From assembly GCA_013287435.1 (NCBI GenBank), contig JABDDU010000003.1, forward strand, positions 21,685-85,684: a stretch of 64,000 nt of DNA, read 5' to 3'. The notes below the pieces were generated by a model. It worked only from the letters and a program-made list of their open reading frames with translations. It searched no databases and was not told the DNA's origin. The number at the start of each line of letters is the position of its first letter. Within the stretch, counting starts at the first letter, position 1. This stretch comes from Verrucomicrobiota bacterium. Lineage in GTDB: Bacteria; Pseudomonadota; Gammaproteobacteria; Coxiellales; Coxiellaceae. Shown here piece after piece: positions 32,508-41,971 of the stretch. The translations under genes and the position numbers were made by a program.

Positions 32508-32618
32508 AAGCTGAGCACACGTATGTTACTGATGTGGCTCTGTTTGGTCAATACCCACTTCAGCAAAATATTAAAGCGGTAATGCCAACAGCGCATCACT
32601 CGGTACCTCATATTGTTG

Positions 32619-33158
32619 TCATACAGAGCTTGCATTATAAAGCAACACATTCACACTACTACATTTCGGTAACTGTGTGTTTTTATTACTTCGTAAAGGC
32701 ATTACATGCTGTTCAAGCCCAATAATCAACCCAGATTTAATATTTTCCTGTGCAAAATAGGCAGATAGTACATGCTCTGCAGTTTCGATTGATAAATCAC
32801 CCTCCTCTATCACATCCAATAATTCAGCGTGTAAATGATATTTTTCAGCTAATGCGGGTCCAACATGGGAATAAAGAGAATCATACTCATAGCATGAATG
32901 GGTAAATATAATTAACTCAACTTGCAACAACGCAGATAATAACGATGGATGATCGCGAATAGCCATCTCGATTAATTCGAAAAATGAATAACCACTTTTT
33001 TGTGTAAGCATTTCTCGATCTAAATAAGCCTGCGAAAATCTCTGCATATCTTCAAAATAAGGAACATAATCCGCTTTAGGTTTTTGATAGTGTGGATCTG
33101 GATAATGGGAATAAATAAATTTTGACAGGACAATGTTTGTCATAGAGTATTCGCTCAC
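32619..33158 (-). CDS. Hypothetical protein, last gene of the biosynthetic operon; weakly resembles the N-terminal half of a thiolase/KASIII fold without a nucleophile
   Basis: 179 aa. ELIIFTHSCYEYD ... AELLDVIEEGDLSIE resembles the FabH region around the active site, but the Cys is absent. Speculative. Confidence 0.3.
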   Translation of the reverse strand: MSEYSMTNIVLSKFIYSHYPDPHYQKPKADYVPYFEDMQRFSQAYLDREMLTQKSGYSFFELIEMAIRDHPSLLSALLQVELIIFTHSCYEYDSLYSHVGPALAEKYHLHAELLDVIEEGDLSIETAEHVLSAYFAQENIKSGLIIGLEQHVMPLRSNKNTQLPKCSSVNVLLYNASSV

Positions 33159-33204
33159 ACCTTTAAGTCAGCTCAATAATGCGCATTTGAGGTCAGCGTT
33201 TGAT

Positions 33205-34143
33205 TTAATATTGAAACAGCGCCACTGATAGATAAAATCCCATTCCGCAACCCACCATCATATAATAATCTCCTTTTTGTAGACGATTATGTGACAAAGC
33301 TGCTTGTAAATTAATAATATGATCAGAGCAAAATGTGTGACCATAACGCCCGATATTATCTAAATATATTTTTTTTATCGGATATGATAGCTGTTCGGCA
33401 ATTTTTTTCCACGTTGGAATATTAACATTATGCGGTAAAATAAGTGAAATTTGATGGAGTTTTATGGTCGATTTTACCATGGTCTCTAAAATAAGATTCG
33501 ACAGTGACTCAACAAAAATCGCATCAAATTTTCGTATTTCAACATCCGATAAATAAATACCCTTTGAATAACCCGGTAAAAAACGATTACTCACTGATAA
33601 TAAATGATGACCATTACCTGACAGTGAAAACAATGATGCTGTTGCTGCATCACCAACGATAGATGAGCGCGGAACGACGCGTAATTGTGGAGAAAAAGCG
33701 ACTTCACCTGTCAGTACAATGGCAGAATAATGAGTATGATCTGCTAGCAGAACCTGTAAAATCTCCAGTGCTTTAAAATAAGAAACACATTTTTGCATTG
33801 TCATGCTCAACGTGATAACAGCAGGATTAAAAAAATTATCTTTTATTTGTTTCAGCAGCCTATCACCATACGGGCATAAAATAGCAGTGGTACGTACATA
33901 AATAAGATATTTAATACGTGAAATATCACCACAGTCTAACAATAATTTTTTCAGCGGAAATAATAACAATGATTCCAAACTAGCTTGATCATAAATTGGA
34001 ATATTTTTTAAACCGTAAATCTTTCTATAGACAGATAATGTTTCCTTGGGTAAGTGTGTTTCAGTAACGAGATCAGTTACCAAAACGTGTTTTTCAGGAA
34101 TAAATGTTTCAAAAGCATTCAGCGTTAGCATACAGTAACCCAT
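33205..34143 (-). CDS. KASIII (FabH)-like condensing enzyme or acyltransferase
   Basis: Cys in MQKCVSYFKAL, His in ILPHNVN, and GHTFCSD where FabH has GNTSAAS. 312 aa. Confidence 0.65.
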   Translation of the reverse strand: MGYCMLTLNAFETFIPEKHVLVTDLVTETHLPKETLSVYRKIYGLKNIPIYDQASLESLLLFPLKKLLLDCGDISRIKYLIYVRTTAILCPYGDRLLKQIKDNFFNPAVITLSMTMQKCVSYFKALEILQVLLADHTHYSAIVLTGEVAFSPQLRVVPRSSIVGDAATASLFSLSGNGHHLLSVSNRFLPGYSKGIYLSDVEIRKFDAIFVESLSNLILETMVKSTIKLHQISLILPHNVNIPTWKKIAEQLSYPIKKIYLDNIGRYGHTFCSDHIINLQAALSHNRLQKGDYYMMVGCGMGFYLSVALFQY

Positions 34144-35006
34144 TCTGGTTCTAAAAATGGATTGTCAACCAACAGCGTGTTTGGAATTTTTAAAATAGAA
34201 TGGGTTTCATAAAATCGGGTTACCTGATTGATATCATTGATGTGATATTTTAATATATCAGACAATTCATCCAGCAAAGAAAAATCAGATACCGAAGATG
34301 ACAACATAGGTCCCCACAAATCCCAAATCAATATTTCTTGCTTATTTAATAGCGCTAAATCCTGTATTAATCGGTTACGAATGGTAAATAATCCGCGATG
34401 TTGCCTCGAACCAAAACGAACCGGATCTGCATTTTCAAAACGACACATTCGCCACGCATCCGCAGCAGAAATAAATTTTGTGCTCGGCACATCCGTTAAA
34501 TCAAAATCAATTTTTAATTGATAATGATCAATATGAATTCTCATGGTACGCGTATCAACGGAACACCAGCGTTCTTCATTTACATGATAATATTCAACAC
34601 AAAATCCATCTAAAAAAAGCCCAGGAATAAAATAATTAACAAACCCTGAACGTAAACGTGCAGGAATTCCTCGTGAACGCAAAATTGAACACAATAATAA
34701 AGAGGTGTCACGACAAACACCCATCACACGATTTTCAGCTGAACGCTCGACACTGAGTGCACGGGAATCAAATGATATTATTTTTTCTAAAACAGAGCTC
34801 ATATATCTTAAATTTAATTCAGTATATCGGTTGTCTGAAACAGACACTTGAAATAAATTTAAATCAGCATAATGCAAGAACAAATTGTGCGTGTGGGCAC
34901 ATAGTGCCGAAATATTTTTCGGCAGTGTATCATATAAATCAATATAATTTTCAGGATCGGAGAATGGGCTTTGGGTTAAGTAGTATTCCTTAAAGAGAGC
35001 GTTCAT
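34125..35006 (-). CDS. Transglutaminase-like cysteine protease-fold protein
   Basis: MGVCRDTSLLLCSILRSRGIPARLRSGF carries the Cys core motif. It is followed by YYHVNEERWCSVDTR, which supplies His and Asp candidates. Confidence 0.6.
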   Translation of the reverse strand: MNALFKEYYLTQSPFSDPENYIDLYDTLPKNISALCAHTHNLFLHYADLNLFQVSVSDNRYTELNLRYMSSVLEKIISFDSRALSVERSAENRVMGVCRDTSLLLCSILRSRGIPARLRSGFVNYFIPGLFLDGFCVEYYHVNEERWCSVDTRTMRIHIDHYQLKIDFDLTDVPSTKFISAADAWRMCRFENADPVRFGSRQHRGLFTIRNRLIQDLALLNKQEILIWDLWGPMLSSSVSDFSLLDELSDILKYHINDINQVTRFYETHSILKIPNTLLVDNPFLEPEWVTVC

Positions 35007-36543
35007 ACAAAATCTCCAATAGTTTACGGTAATTTATTTTTTTATTGGGTAATCGTGGAATTTGCTCAAGTTGAATAATCATTTCTGGAATAACGGGTTC
35101 AGGCAGAAATGCTGATAAATTCTTTTTATGAGAAGCAATATCAATTCGCACAGTTGAAAATGCAATTAAAGAGTGGATTAATTGATGTGTATTATAATGA
35201 GGAACAATATAAATATCCGCGATATCTAAAACATGGCGTAAAACAGATTCTACCTCGTTTTTTTCAACACGATATCCGCTGACCTGCCATTGATCATCTC
35301 TGCGACCCTGAAATATAAAACCAAAATCAGTATGGTAGTGAACGATATCTCCCGTAAAGTAAGACATTTTCTGATTAATAGTATCGTATTTAAACTGTTT
35401 TAAGAGTTTTTTATCGGATAGCCAATATCCATCAGATACTTGATCACCTGTAATAATTAATTCGTGATCATTGGAAACTGAAAGCATCGTATTTGGAAAT
35501 GGATGGCCAATCGGGACGGTCAATAATGATCCATAATCATTTTCTTTTTGATAGTGATGATAAGCACAACAAACAGTCGCTTCCGTGGGACCGTATAAAT
35601 TGACAATAGCAGAAGTGGGCGCAATTAGTGTCCACGCTTTTGCAAATGATAATGGAAATGCTTCGCCACATATCAAGGTTTGTTTTAAAGTATCAAAATG
35701 ACACTGATAAAATTTGCATTGATCAATGATAACCGGCATTGATGAAGGAACTAAAATACATTGTGTAATTTTGTTATGATAGATAAAACGTGCAATGCTC
35801 AATTCATTTTTTTCGTCATAAATATACAGTGTTGCACCAGTGGTTAAACACACGATGATTTCATGAATAGAAATATCAAAAGCAATATCTGATAACTGAA
35901 TAAATCGATCATCGGCGTTAAAAGAAAAAATTGATAAAACAGATGAAATATAAGCATTCAAATTTTGATACGAAATGGGAACGCCTTTTGGTGCACCGGT
36001 CGATCCAGAAGTAAAAAATAAGTAGGCATAGTTTTTGCTAGCAAGGTATATTTTATCGACATTGAAATCACATTTTTTTCTGAAACAGTCACCCACATAA
36101 TATAACGTATTTTTCAGATTCATCTTTTGACATTTTCTATAAAATATTTTATCTGAAAATAAAATAATTGCTTGAGTCATATCTAAAATAAATTGATCTA
36201 AAATAAACCAATCTATATCACCGACAAAAATAATATCAGGATTAATTATTTTTATAATTTGCTTACTTTTTTCCATTCCTTGATGAATATTGAGCGGTGT
36301 ATAAATTTTATTAGAAAAAAAACAAGCGAGCATACCAACATAAAAATAGTTTGTTTTTTTCGATAGAATAACACAAATATTATTGCTACTTGGTTGCTCA
36401 GAAAATTTTAATGATAAATTAAGTGCGTATTGAATTATTTTCTTGTATGTATAAGACTTATCACAAATCACAATTGCTTTTTTTTCTTGATATATTCTGC
36501 TATTTTTATAAATTGTTTTGAGAAAATCAATCATAGCGCGCAC
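34990..36543 (-). CDS. Stand-alone adenylation enzyme (NRPS A-domain / DltA-like)
   Basis: A3 FFTSGSTGAPKGV, A5 LYGPTEATV, A7 YFTGDIV, A8 GRRDDQWQVSGYRVEKNEVE, A10 LPNKKINYRKL. 517 aa with no C or T domain. Confidence 0.8.
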   Translation of the reverse strand: MRAMIDFLKTIYKNSRIYQEKKAIVICDKSYTYKKIIQYALNLSLKFSEQPSSNNICVILSKKTNYFYVGMLACFFSNKIYTPLNIHQGMEKSKQIIKIINPDIIFVGDIDWFILDQFILDMTQAIILFSDKIFYRKCQKMNLKNTLYYVGDCFRKKCDFNVDKIYLASKNYAYLFFTSGSTGAPKGVPISYQNLNAYISSVLSIFSFNADDRFIQLSDIAFDISIHEIIVCLTTGATLYIYDEKNELSIARFIYHNKITQCILVPSSMPVIIDQCKFYQCHFDTLKQTLICGEAFPLSFAKAWTLIAPTSAIVNLYGPTEATVCCAYHHYQKENDYGSLLTVPIGHPFPNTMLSVSNDHELIITGDQVSDGYWLSDKKLLKQFKYDTINQKMSYFTGDIVHYHTDFGFIFQGRRDDQWQVSGYRVEKNEVESVLRHVLDIADIYIVPHYNTHQLIHSLIAFSTVRIDIASHKKNLSAFLPEPVIPEMIIQLEQIPRLPNKKINYRKLLEILYERSL

Positions 36544-36545
36544 CT

Positions 36546-37475
36546 TTAATATTTAGCCAGCATTGCCGCAAACGTTGCACCTAAGCCCATCGACACCAAT
36601 AAATAATAATTACCCGGTACAATTCTTTTTTGAATAATACCGTCTTGTAAATTAATAAAAGGATCTGAACCAAAGCAATGTGCTGTTTTTGAAACATTAT
36701 CGAGGTAAACCTGATTATCAGAAATGGACAACGCAGAAATAACTTGTTTCCAAGAAATCGTATTAACATTGTGAGGAAAAATACAGGTAATTTTTGAAAG
36801 TTCAAGATTATTTTTAGCAACCAAATTTTTAATTAATTTACACAAACAAGGAATATAAAAATCTTGGAATTCTAGCTGTTCTGAATGGTCAGCCCATAAT
36901 CCTTTTGAAAATTGACCATAAGTTTCAAGCTGAATATCTATTATTCGGTGCGAGTGACCTGTTTTTTTTAATAGTATCGCTGTCGCTGCATCACCTAAAA
37001 TAGTAGAGCCAGGAATATGCCGTAGCATTTTAGTAAAGGCGATATCGCCTATGAGTAATAATATACAATCCTCATCGGATAAATCATGAAAAAAAGTTTC
37101 GGCGAGTTTTATCAAATGAAAAGCACCGGCACATTTAGCGAGGGTGGTTCCAAAGTAAATCGCGTTAGTCAATTGAAATTCTGAAACAAGGGTATGCAAT
37201 ATATTAACAGACCATGGTGCTGGATAATCACAAGTATGCGAATACAGCACATATTTTATTTTGCTATGATCAATGGTACATTCGCCGATTAGTTTTTCTA
37301 CAATCAGTGTCAACTGCTGTAATTGTGTTATTTTTTCCTCACGCGGAACGCAACTTAACCCCATTATTTTTTCAAAAATTTTAGATTCAGCTGGTGAAAT
37401 CTCACCACTGTTTTCAAGATTTTTCATAGTCATGATGTCATCGGCAGTATGATTAGTAATATGATCTATATACAT
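36546..37475 (-). CDS. KASIII (FabH)-like condensing enzyme or acyltransferase, second paralog
   Basis: Cys in LAKCAGAFHL, His in IFPHNVN, and AHCFGSD in place of the FabH Asn motif. 309 aa. Confidence 0.65.
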   Translation of the reverse strand: MYIDHITNHTADDIMTMKNLENSGEISPAESKIFEKIMGLSCVPREEKITQLQQLTLIVEKLIGECTIDHSKIKYVLYSHTCDYPAPWSVNILHTLVSEFQLTNAIYFGTTLAKCAGAFHLIKLAETFFHDLSDEDCILLLIGDIAFTKMLRHIPGSTILGDAATAILLKKTGHSHRIIDIQLETYGQFSKGLWADHSEQLEFQDFYIPCLCKLIKNLVAKNNLELSKITCIFPHNVNTISWKQVISALSISDNQVYLDNVSKTAHCFGSDPFINLQDGIIQKRIVPGNYYLLVSMGLGATFAAMLAKY

Positions 37476-38980
37476 ACAATATTTTCAGATGCTTTTTTTT
37501 CTAATAGATGTTTATTCATTTTTCCGTTTGATAATGAAGGAAATTGATCGATGAAATAAACATAATCTGGTTTTTGAATACTTGGAAAATAAGAAAAAAT
37601 AAGTTTTCTTAAATTATCGATATGATCGCAAAACGAATCTACTTCAACACAGACAATCAACTTCTGATCTTCAAAATTTGATTTTGATAAAAAAATATAG
37701 GAACGATTGATAAAAGTGATTTTTGATAGAATTTTTGTATAATGCAGACAGTTTAATTTAGTTCCTTTGAATTTAACAATAAAATCATTCCTTCCTTTAA
37801 AATAAAAATATCCATCGTCATCGACTATGGCGCGATCACCTGTCATGAGTATACGTTTACCAGACTTGTTTATATTTATTTTTTTATTAGTCTCAGATAT
37901 ATTTTTCCAATATCCCAGCATGACAGTAGGACCCGAAATAACAAGCTCCCCTTCCTTATTGCTTTCCAAAATATTTCCATCGGAATCTTGAATCCACATT
38001 TCAATATTTAACATTGGAATTCCAATGGATTCTAATTTTTCATCAAGGTGATCTGGTGGAACATAACTGCATCGTTTACACTCAGTCAAGCCATACATTG
38101 AAAATATTCTTGCCGTTGGGAATAATTTTTTTAATTTTTTAATATGGTGAGCAGATAAGTTTTCGCCTGTATTCGTAACCATGCGAACAGTTGGAAAATT
38201 AAATAAATATCGTTCACAAGATATATATAACAATTGCACCATCAATGGAATACAAGGTAAAACAGTAACACAATATTGATTTATTTTTTTCGAAATAATA
38301 TTAGGAAATAAGAAATTTTTTTCTAAAACCAGTGTTGCACCTAGGCTAAAACACAGTAACATTTGATACAACCCATAATCAAAATGTAACGGTAAAACTG
38401 ACAGAATAATGTCTGATGACTCTAAGCTGAGATAGTGACTAATAGAGTCAACAGCAGCTAAAACATTTCTATGAGACAACATAACTCCTTTTGGTATTCC
38501 AGTACTTCCAGAGGTATGCATCAACATTGCAAGATCTTGTTCTGTATTTTTAAAAATAAAATCATTTTGAATTTCCTGAAAGTTTTTTACAGCGTCAATA
38601 TGATGAATGACGTTGATTTTTAAATCATCAAAATGATCTTGCTTTGTTCTGTCATTATCCGAAAGTACAGCCATTTTAGGATCAATGCTTTTAATTAATT
38701 CCGAAAGTGTTTCTAAATCTATTTCTGAATCGACGATACAGGGAACACACTCACACAATAATGATGACCAAAATGCAATCATGGTTAAATAAGAATTCCC
38801 AGCTTGAATTAATATACGGTCGTGACGTACCGCTCCTAAATATTTTAAATGATATGTTAATTGTAAACAGTCGACATACATTTCTTGATAAGAATATTCT
38901 CTTTGATCGATAATCAATGCAATTTTATTTTTATTATTCTTTACGGTGTTAATAAAAATATGTGGTAATAAATATCTCAT
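37466..38980 (-). CDS. Acyl-AMP/acyl-CoA ligase family adenylating enzyme
   Basis: MHTSGSTGIPKGVMLSHRN, MYGLTE, LMTGDRA and LSNGKMNK motifs. 504 aa. Confidence 0.8.
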   Translation of the reverse strand: MRYLLPHIFINTVKNNKNKIALIIDQREYSYQEMYVDCLQLTYHLKYLGAVRHDRILIQAGNSYLTMIAFWSSLLCECVPCIVDSEIDLETLSELIKSIDPKMAVLSDNDRTKQDHFDDLKINVIHHIDAVKNFQEIQNDFIFKNTEQDLAMLMHTSGSTGIPKGVMLSHRNVLAAVDSISHYLSLESSDIILSVLPLHFDYGLYQMLLCFSLGATLVLEKNFLFPNIISKKINQYCVTVLPCIPLMVQLLYISCERYLFNFPTVRMVTNTGENLSAHHIKKLKKLFPTARIFSMYGLTECKRCSYVPPDHLDEKLESIGIPMLNIEMWIQDSDGNILESNKEGELVISGPTVMLGYWKNISETNKKININKSGKRILMTGDRAIVDDDGYFYFKGRNDFIVKFKGTKLNCLHYTKILSKITFINRSYIFLSKSNFEDQKLIVCVEVDSFCDHIDNLRKLIFSYFPSIQKPDYVYFIDQFPSLSNGKMNKHLLEKKASENIVCI

Positions 38981-38996
38981 ATAAAATTTTTCCTAT

Positions 38997-40187
38997 TTAA
39001 TGCGAATTAAGAACTGAATTTTTTGCATCCGCTCGCCAACATTCACTCGCACCTGATAGTTCGGCTCTTAATTCGCATTTTAATTCAGAAATAAATGTTG
39101 GGATATTTCTGGCAATTTGTTTTTTTTGAAGATGAGTTGTTCCTTCCATAAATTCCCAACAAAATACATCGCGATACGCTTTCATCAACCAGGGATTTTC
39201 TATTAATTGATCCAAGGTACATAAATCTACGCATTGTTGAATGACCGTTTCCGCCGCATTGGTCGCATTCGCTTTTGCTAACGACACATCCGCCGACACC
39301 AGTGGATCTCTATCCACTTTTTTTGCGGCATTATGAAGAATATGTCTCGCAGTTTTTAATAATTGATTTAATGTATAAAATTGTGATTTAAAACACGTAA
39401 AATTTTCTTGATGTAATTGGTACGTTATATCGTAGACCGCTTGTGCCTGACCAATGGCTAATGCGCCCACACCTGTTCGTAATCGGTTAAATACTTTTAT
39501 AACTCCTAATAAACCATTTTCACAAGCGGATAAATGATGACCTAGAATTTGTTCGTGCGGTATAGAGGTTTGATTAAATTGCATCGCTGCTATTTGTGCA
39601 CCTCGCAACGCGTACATGGGTAATGGTATTTTCTCGATTGTAGTATCTTGCAAAATATCAGGCGTTAACCAAATCGCGCGAATTGCAATGGGACTTCTGG
39701 CAAAACGTGCTAATACAACCCCTGTTTCGGCAACCACTCCATTTCCAAAAAAACATTTTATGCCTTCAAGAAAATAATTTTTATTATTTTTAATTAATTG
39801 GGTTTCTATTTCGCTGGCATCCGATCCCTTTTTAGGTTCTGTTAAAGCAAAGAATGTACGCATTTTATTTTCTTTAATCATCCGATAGAATCGATCAATT
39901 TGTTCGGGTAAGCCTAATTCACGCAGCATTAACCCTGACAACGAAGGGCCAGGACTTGCCAATAAAACTCCCGGGTCGCCATACGACAATGCTTCCAAAT
40001 ATTCAGTACGTTTAATGGCCGTACTATCACAGTCTGATAGTAAATAATTAATAACGGGTAGATCACTGTATTTTAAAATGGATTGTGGATTCTGATCTAT
40101 TTCAAATGCAATACGTCGAAAATCATTTGAAAATGAAAAATATTGTTCACCATATCTATTTTCAGGACTTATATAATAAACGTTCAT
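38997..40187 (-). CDS. Acyl-CoA (or acyl-ACP) dehydrogenase family flavoprotein; the last ~27 codons are MITE-encoded
   Basis: ACAD signature FALTEPKKGSDASE. I prefer the ATG at 40187 (MNVYYISPEN) because it removes the 41-nt overlap. The tail CELRAELSGASECWRADAKNSVLNSH is read from the repeat at 39000-39078. Confidence 0.75.
   Translation of the reverse strand: MNVYYISPENRYGEQYFSFSNDFRRIAFEIDQNPQSILKYSDLPVINYLLSDCDSTAIKRTEYLEALSYGDPGVLLASPGPSLSGLMLRELGLPEQIDRFYRMIKENKMRTFFALTEPKKGSDASEIETQLIKNNKNYFLEGIKCFFGNGVVAETGVVLARFARSPIAIRAIWLTPDILQDTTIEKIPLPMYALRGAQIAAMQFNQTSIPHEQILGHHLSACENGLLGVIKVFNRLRTGVGALAIGQAQAVYDITYQLHQENFTCFKSQFYTLNQLLKTARHILHNAAKKVDRDPLVSADVSLAKANATNAAETVIQQCVDLCTLDQLIENPWLMKAYRDVFCWEFMEGTTHLQKKQIARNIPTFISELKCELRAELSGASECWRADAKNSVLNSH
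39000..39078. repeat. 79-bp MITE-like palindromic element with ATGCGAATTAAGAGC terminal inverted repeats
   Basis: ATGCGAATTAAGAACTGAA ... TTCGGCTCTTAATTCGCAT. A second copy lies at 45631-45818 and a degenerate half copy at 9274-9311. Confidence 0.8.
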
Positions 40188-40194
40188 AAAAACC

Positions 40195-40854
40195 CTATAT
40201 ATCTGCTTTAAGATATTTTTTAAAAAACTGAACATGAAAAATTAAATCAATCACGTTATTTTTAAGAACAGCTCTTGCACCTGACAGTTTTGATAAATGA
40301 ATTAATACTTCGAGTAAAATATTAATTAAATAAATAATATCGTCTACAGTAACTATCGTATTTATCGAAGATTCTATTTTTTTAAAGGCAATAATAATGT
40401 CTGTAAAATCACATTGAACAATTTCAATTTGACTGATGGGTATGTTTCCATATTTTCTTTTAGATAAATGTTCATGGGTATATAAAAATATCGTTTGAGT
40501 ATATTGATATAGATTTTTAATAGTATGCGTTAAAAAATAAATATATTTTTTTGAAACAGCACTGTGATCACTTTTTTCAATGACTAATTTAAATAAATAT
40601 AGGTCTGAATTTTCTAACAAAGGCATAGAAATTAACTGTAAAGTATTGACGTCAACCTCACTTGAATCATTTTCAAAACATAATTCAGTGCGTTCAAATA
40701 GAAAAAGTGAATCAGTCAGGATAACCACCCCATGAGAATTCACTAAACCAGTCGGTTGTTTATTTTTTGTTATAGCAGCACCCGCTGTTTCAAATATTTT
40801 TTTCCATGAAACTGCTTGGTAATGTATCGAATCAAATAAATAACATGTTTCCAT
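40195..40854 (-). CDS. Hypothetical protein in the operon
   Basis: 219-aa ORF tightly packed between neighbouring genes. No motif recognised. Confidence 0.4.
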   Translation of the reverse strand: METCYLFDSIHYQAVSWKKIFETAGAAITKNKQPTGLVNSHGVVILTDSLFLFERTELCFENDSSEVDVNTLQLISMPLLENSDLYLFKLVIEKSDHSAVSKKYIYFLTHTIKNLYQYTQTIFLYTHEHLSKRKYGNIPISQIEIVQCDFTDIIIAFKKIESSINTIVTVDDIIYLINILLEVLIHLSKLSGARAVLKNNVIDLIFHVQFFKKYLKADI

Positions 40855-40865
40855 ATAAAACCTAA

Positions 40866-41690
40866 TTACAATTTTAAGAATAAAATACCAGCTGCGTGAT
40901 GCACCGTATCATGATCTATAATCAGCGCGTATTGAAAACAGGATGCGCCAATGGATTGCGTCATGAGTGACAGACAGTAATAAATAAATCCAGAACTCAT
41001 CACATAGTCAACTTCAATAATCTGATAACTATCAAAAAGTTTTTTTAATGCACTATGACGTTTTAGATAAATTGACACTAAATTTTTTGATACATTAAAA
41101 TTTAATAATAATGTCATAATCAGAGATACATCAAATGGATGATTCACTATATCGCAACTTAATATATTGATTGATTTTTCACTTTTCATCTCTTGTGATG
41201 CAATAATAGCACCAACATAATTAATATCAGGAACAGGGATTTCGTTGGTGTACTTTAAAAATAACCATGCATTTTCAATGGAACAACAAGCAACCGTGTT
41301 AACATTTTGATGAGTTACAATTTTTAATAGGATATGAAAAGCATAAAAAACACATAAAATTCCACAATCACGTACATCCAACAGCGACGCAGTGAGTGAA
41401 TATTTATTTTTAATATACAATTCAGGAACCGCATAATCCATATTCCAATTCATTGACCATGAGGGAAATGCAATCGTTTGAATTTTTTTAAGATCTTCAA
41501 TCGTGTTTATTTTGTCAAATAATACTTCAATTAATTTGTCATAAGGATAAATAGTTTGAGACATATCCATATCCCATTTAATCTGATAACGAAGATATAA
41601 ATCGTTAAAATAATTTTTGACTCTTTGGCTCACGGGAAGCATTGCATGTCTCTCAAAGTCAGTTTTATAAATAACGCTATTAATGAACAC
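40866..41690 (-). CDS. Hypothetical protein, possibly a degenerate thiolase-fold (KASIII-like) subunit
   Basis: LLDVRDCGILCVFYAFHILL resembles the FabH active-site Cys region. The downstream His and Asn motifs are not evident. The ORF overlaps the ACP gene by 11 nt. Confidence 0.3.
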   Translation of the reverse strand: MFINSVIYKTDFERHAMLPVSQRVKNYFNDLYLRYQIKWDMDMSQTIYPYDKLIEVLFDKINTIEDLKKIQTIAFPSWSMNWNMDYAVPELYIKNKYSLTASLLDVRDCGILCVFYAFHILLKIVTHQNVNTVACCSIENAWLFLKYTNEIPVPDINYVGAIIASQEMKSEKSINILSCDIVNHPFDVSLIMTLLLNFNVSKNLVSIYLKRHSALKKLFDSYQIIEVDYVMSSGFIYYCLSLMTQSIGASCFQYALIIDHDTVHHAAGILFLKL

Positions 41691-41949
41691 TGGAATCCCT
41701 TGACATCATTTGTAGATTGACATATCGAACAACGGAGGAAACTGTTTCTAAATCTTGCATCTGCAATGTTTCAGGATCAACATAAAAACCATCAATACTT
41801 TCTTCTAATTTCATCAAAAACATTAATGAGCTCATAGAATCCAATTGAAGATCATTTTTAAGATGATGTGTTGAATGTATGGATGTAATATTTGAAAAAT
41901 TAAGCGTGCTTGCTAATGCACTTTTTACCAGTATTTCTGTATTTTGCAT
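41680..41949 (-). CDS. Acyl/peptidyl carrier protein
   Basis: 89 aa with the phosphopantetheine attachment motif DLQLDSMSSLMFLMKLEE. Confidence 0.75.
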   Translation of the reverse strand: MQNTEILVKSALASTLNFSNITSIHSTHHLKNDLQLDSMSSLMFLMKLEESIDGFYVDPETLQMQDLETVSSVVRYVNLQMMSRDSSVH

Positions 41950-41971
41950 TGTACTCTCCCGATAAAGTTGT

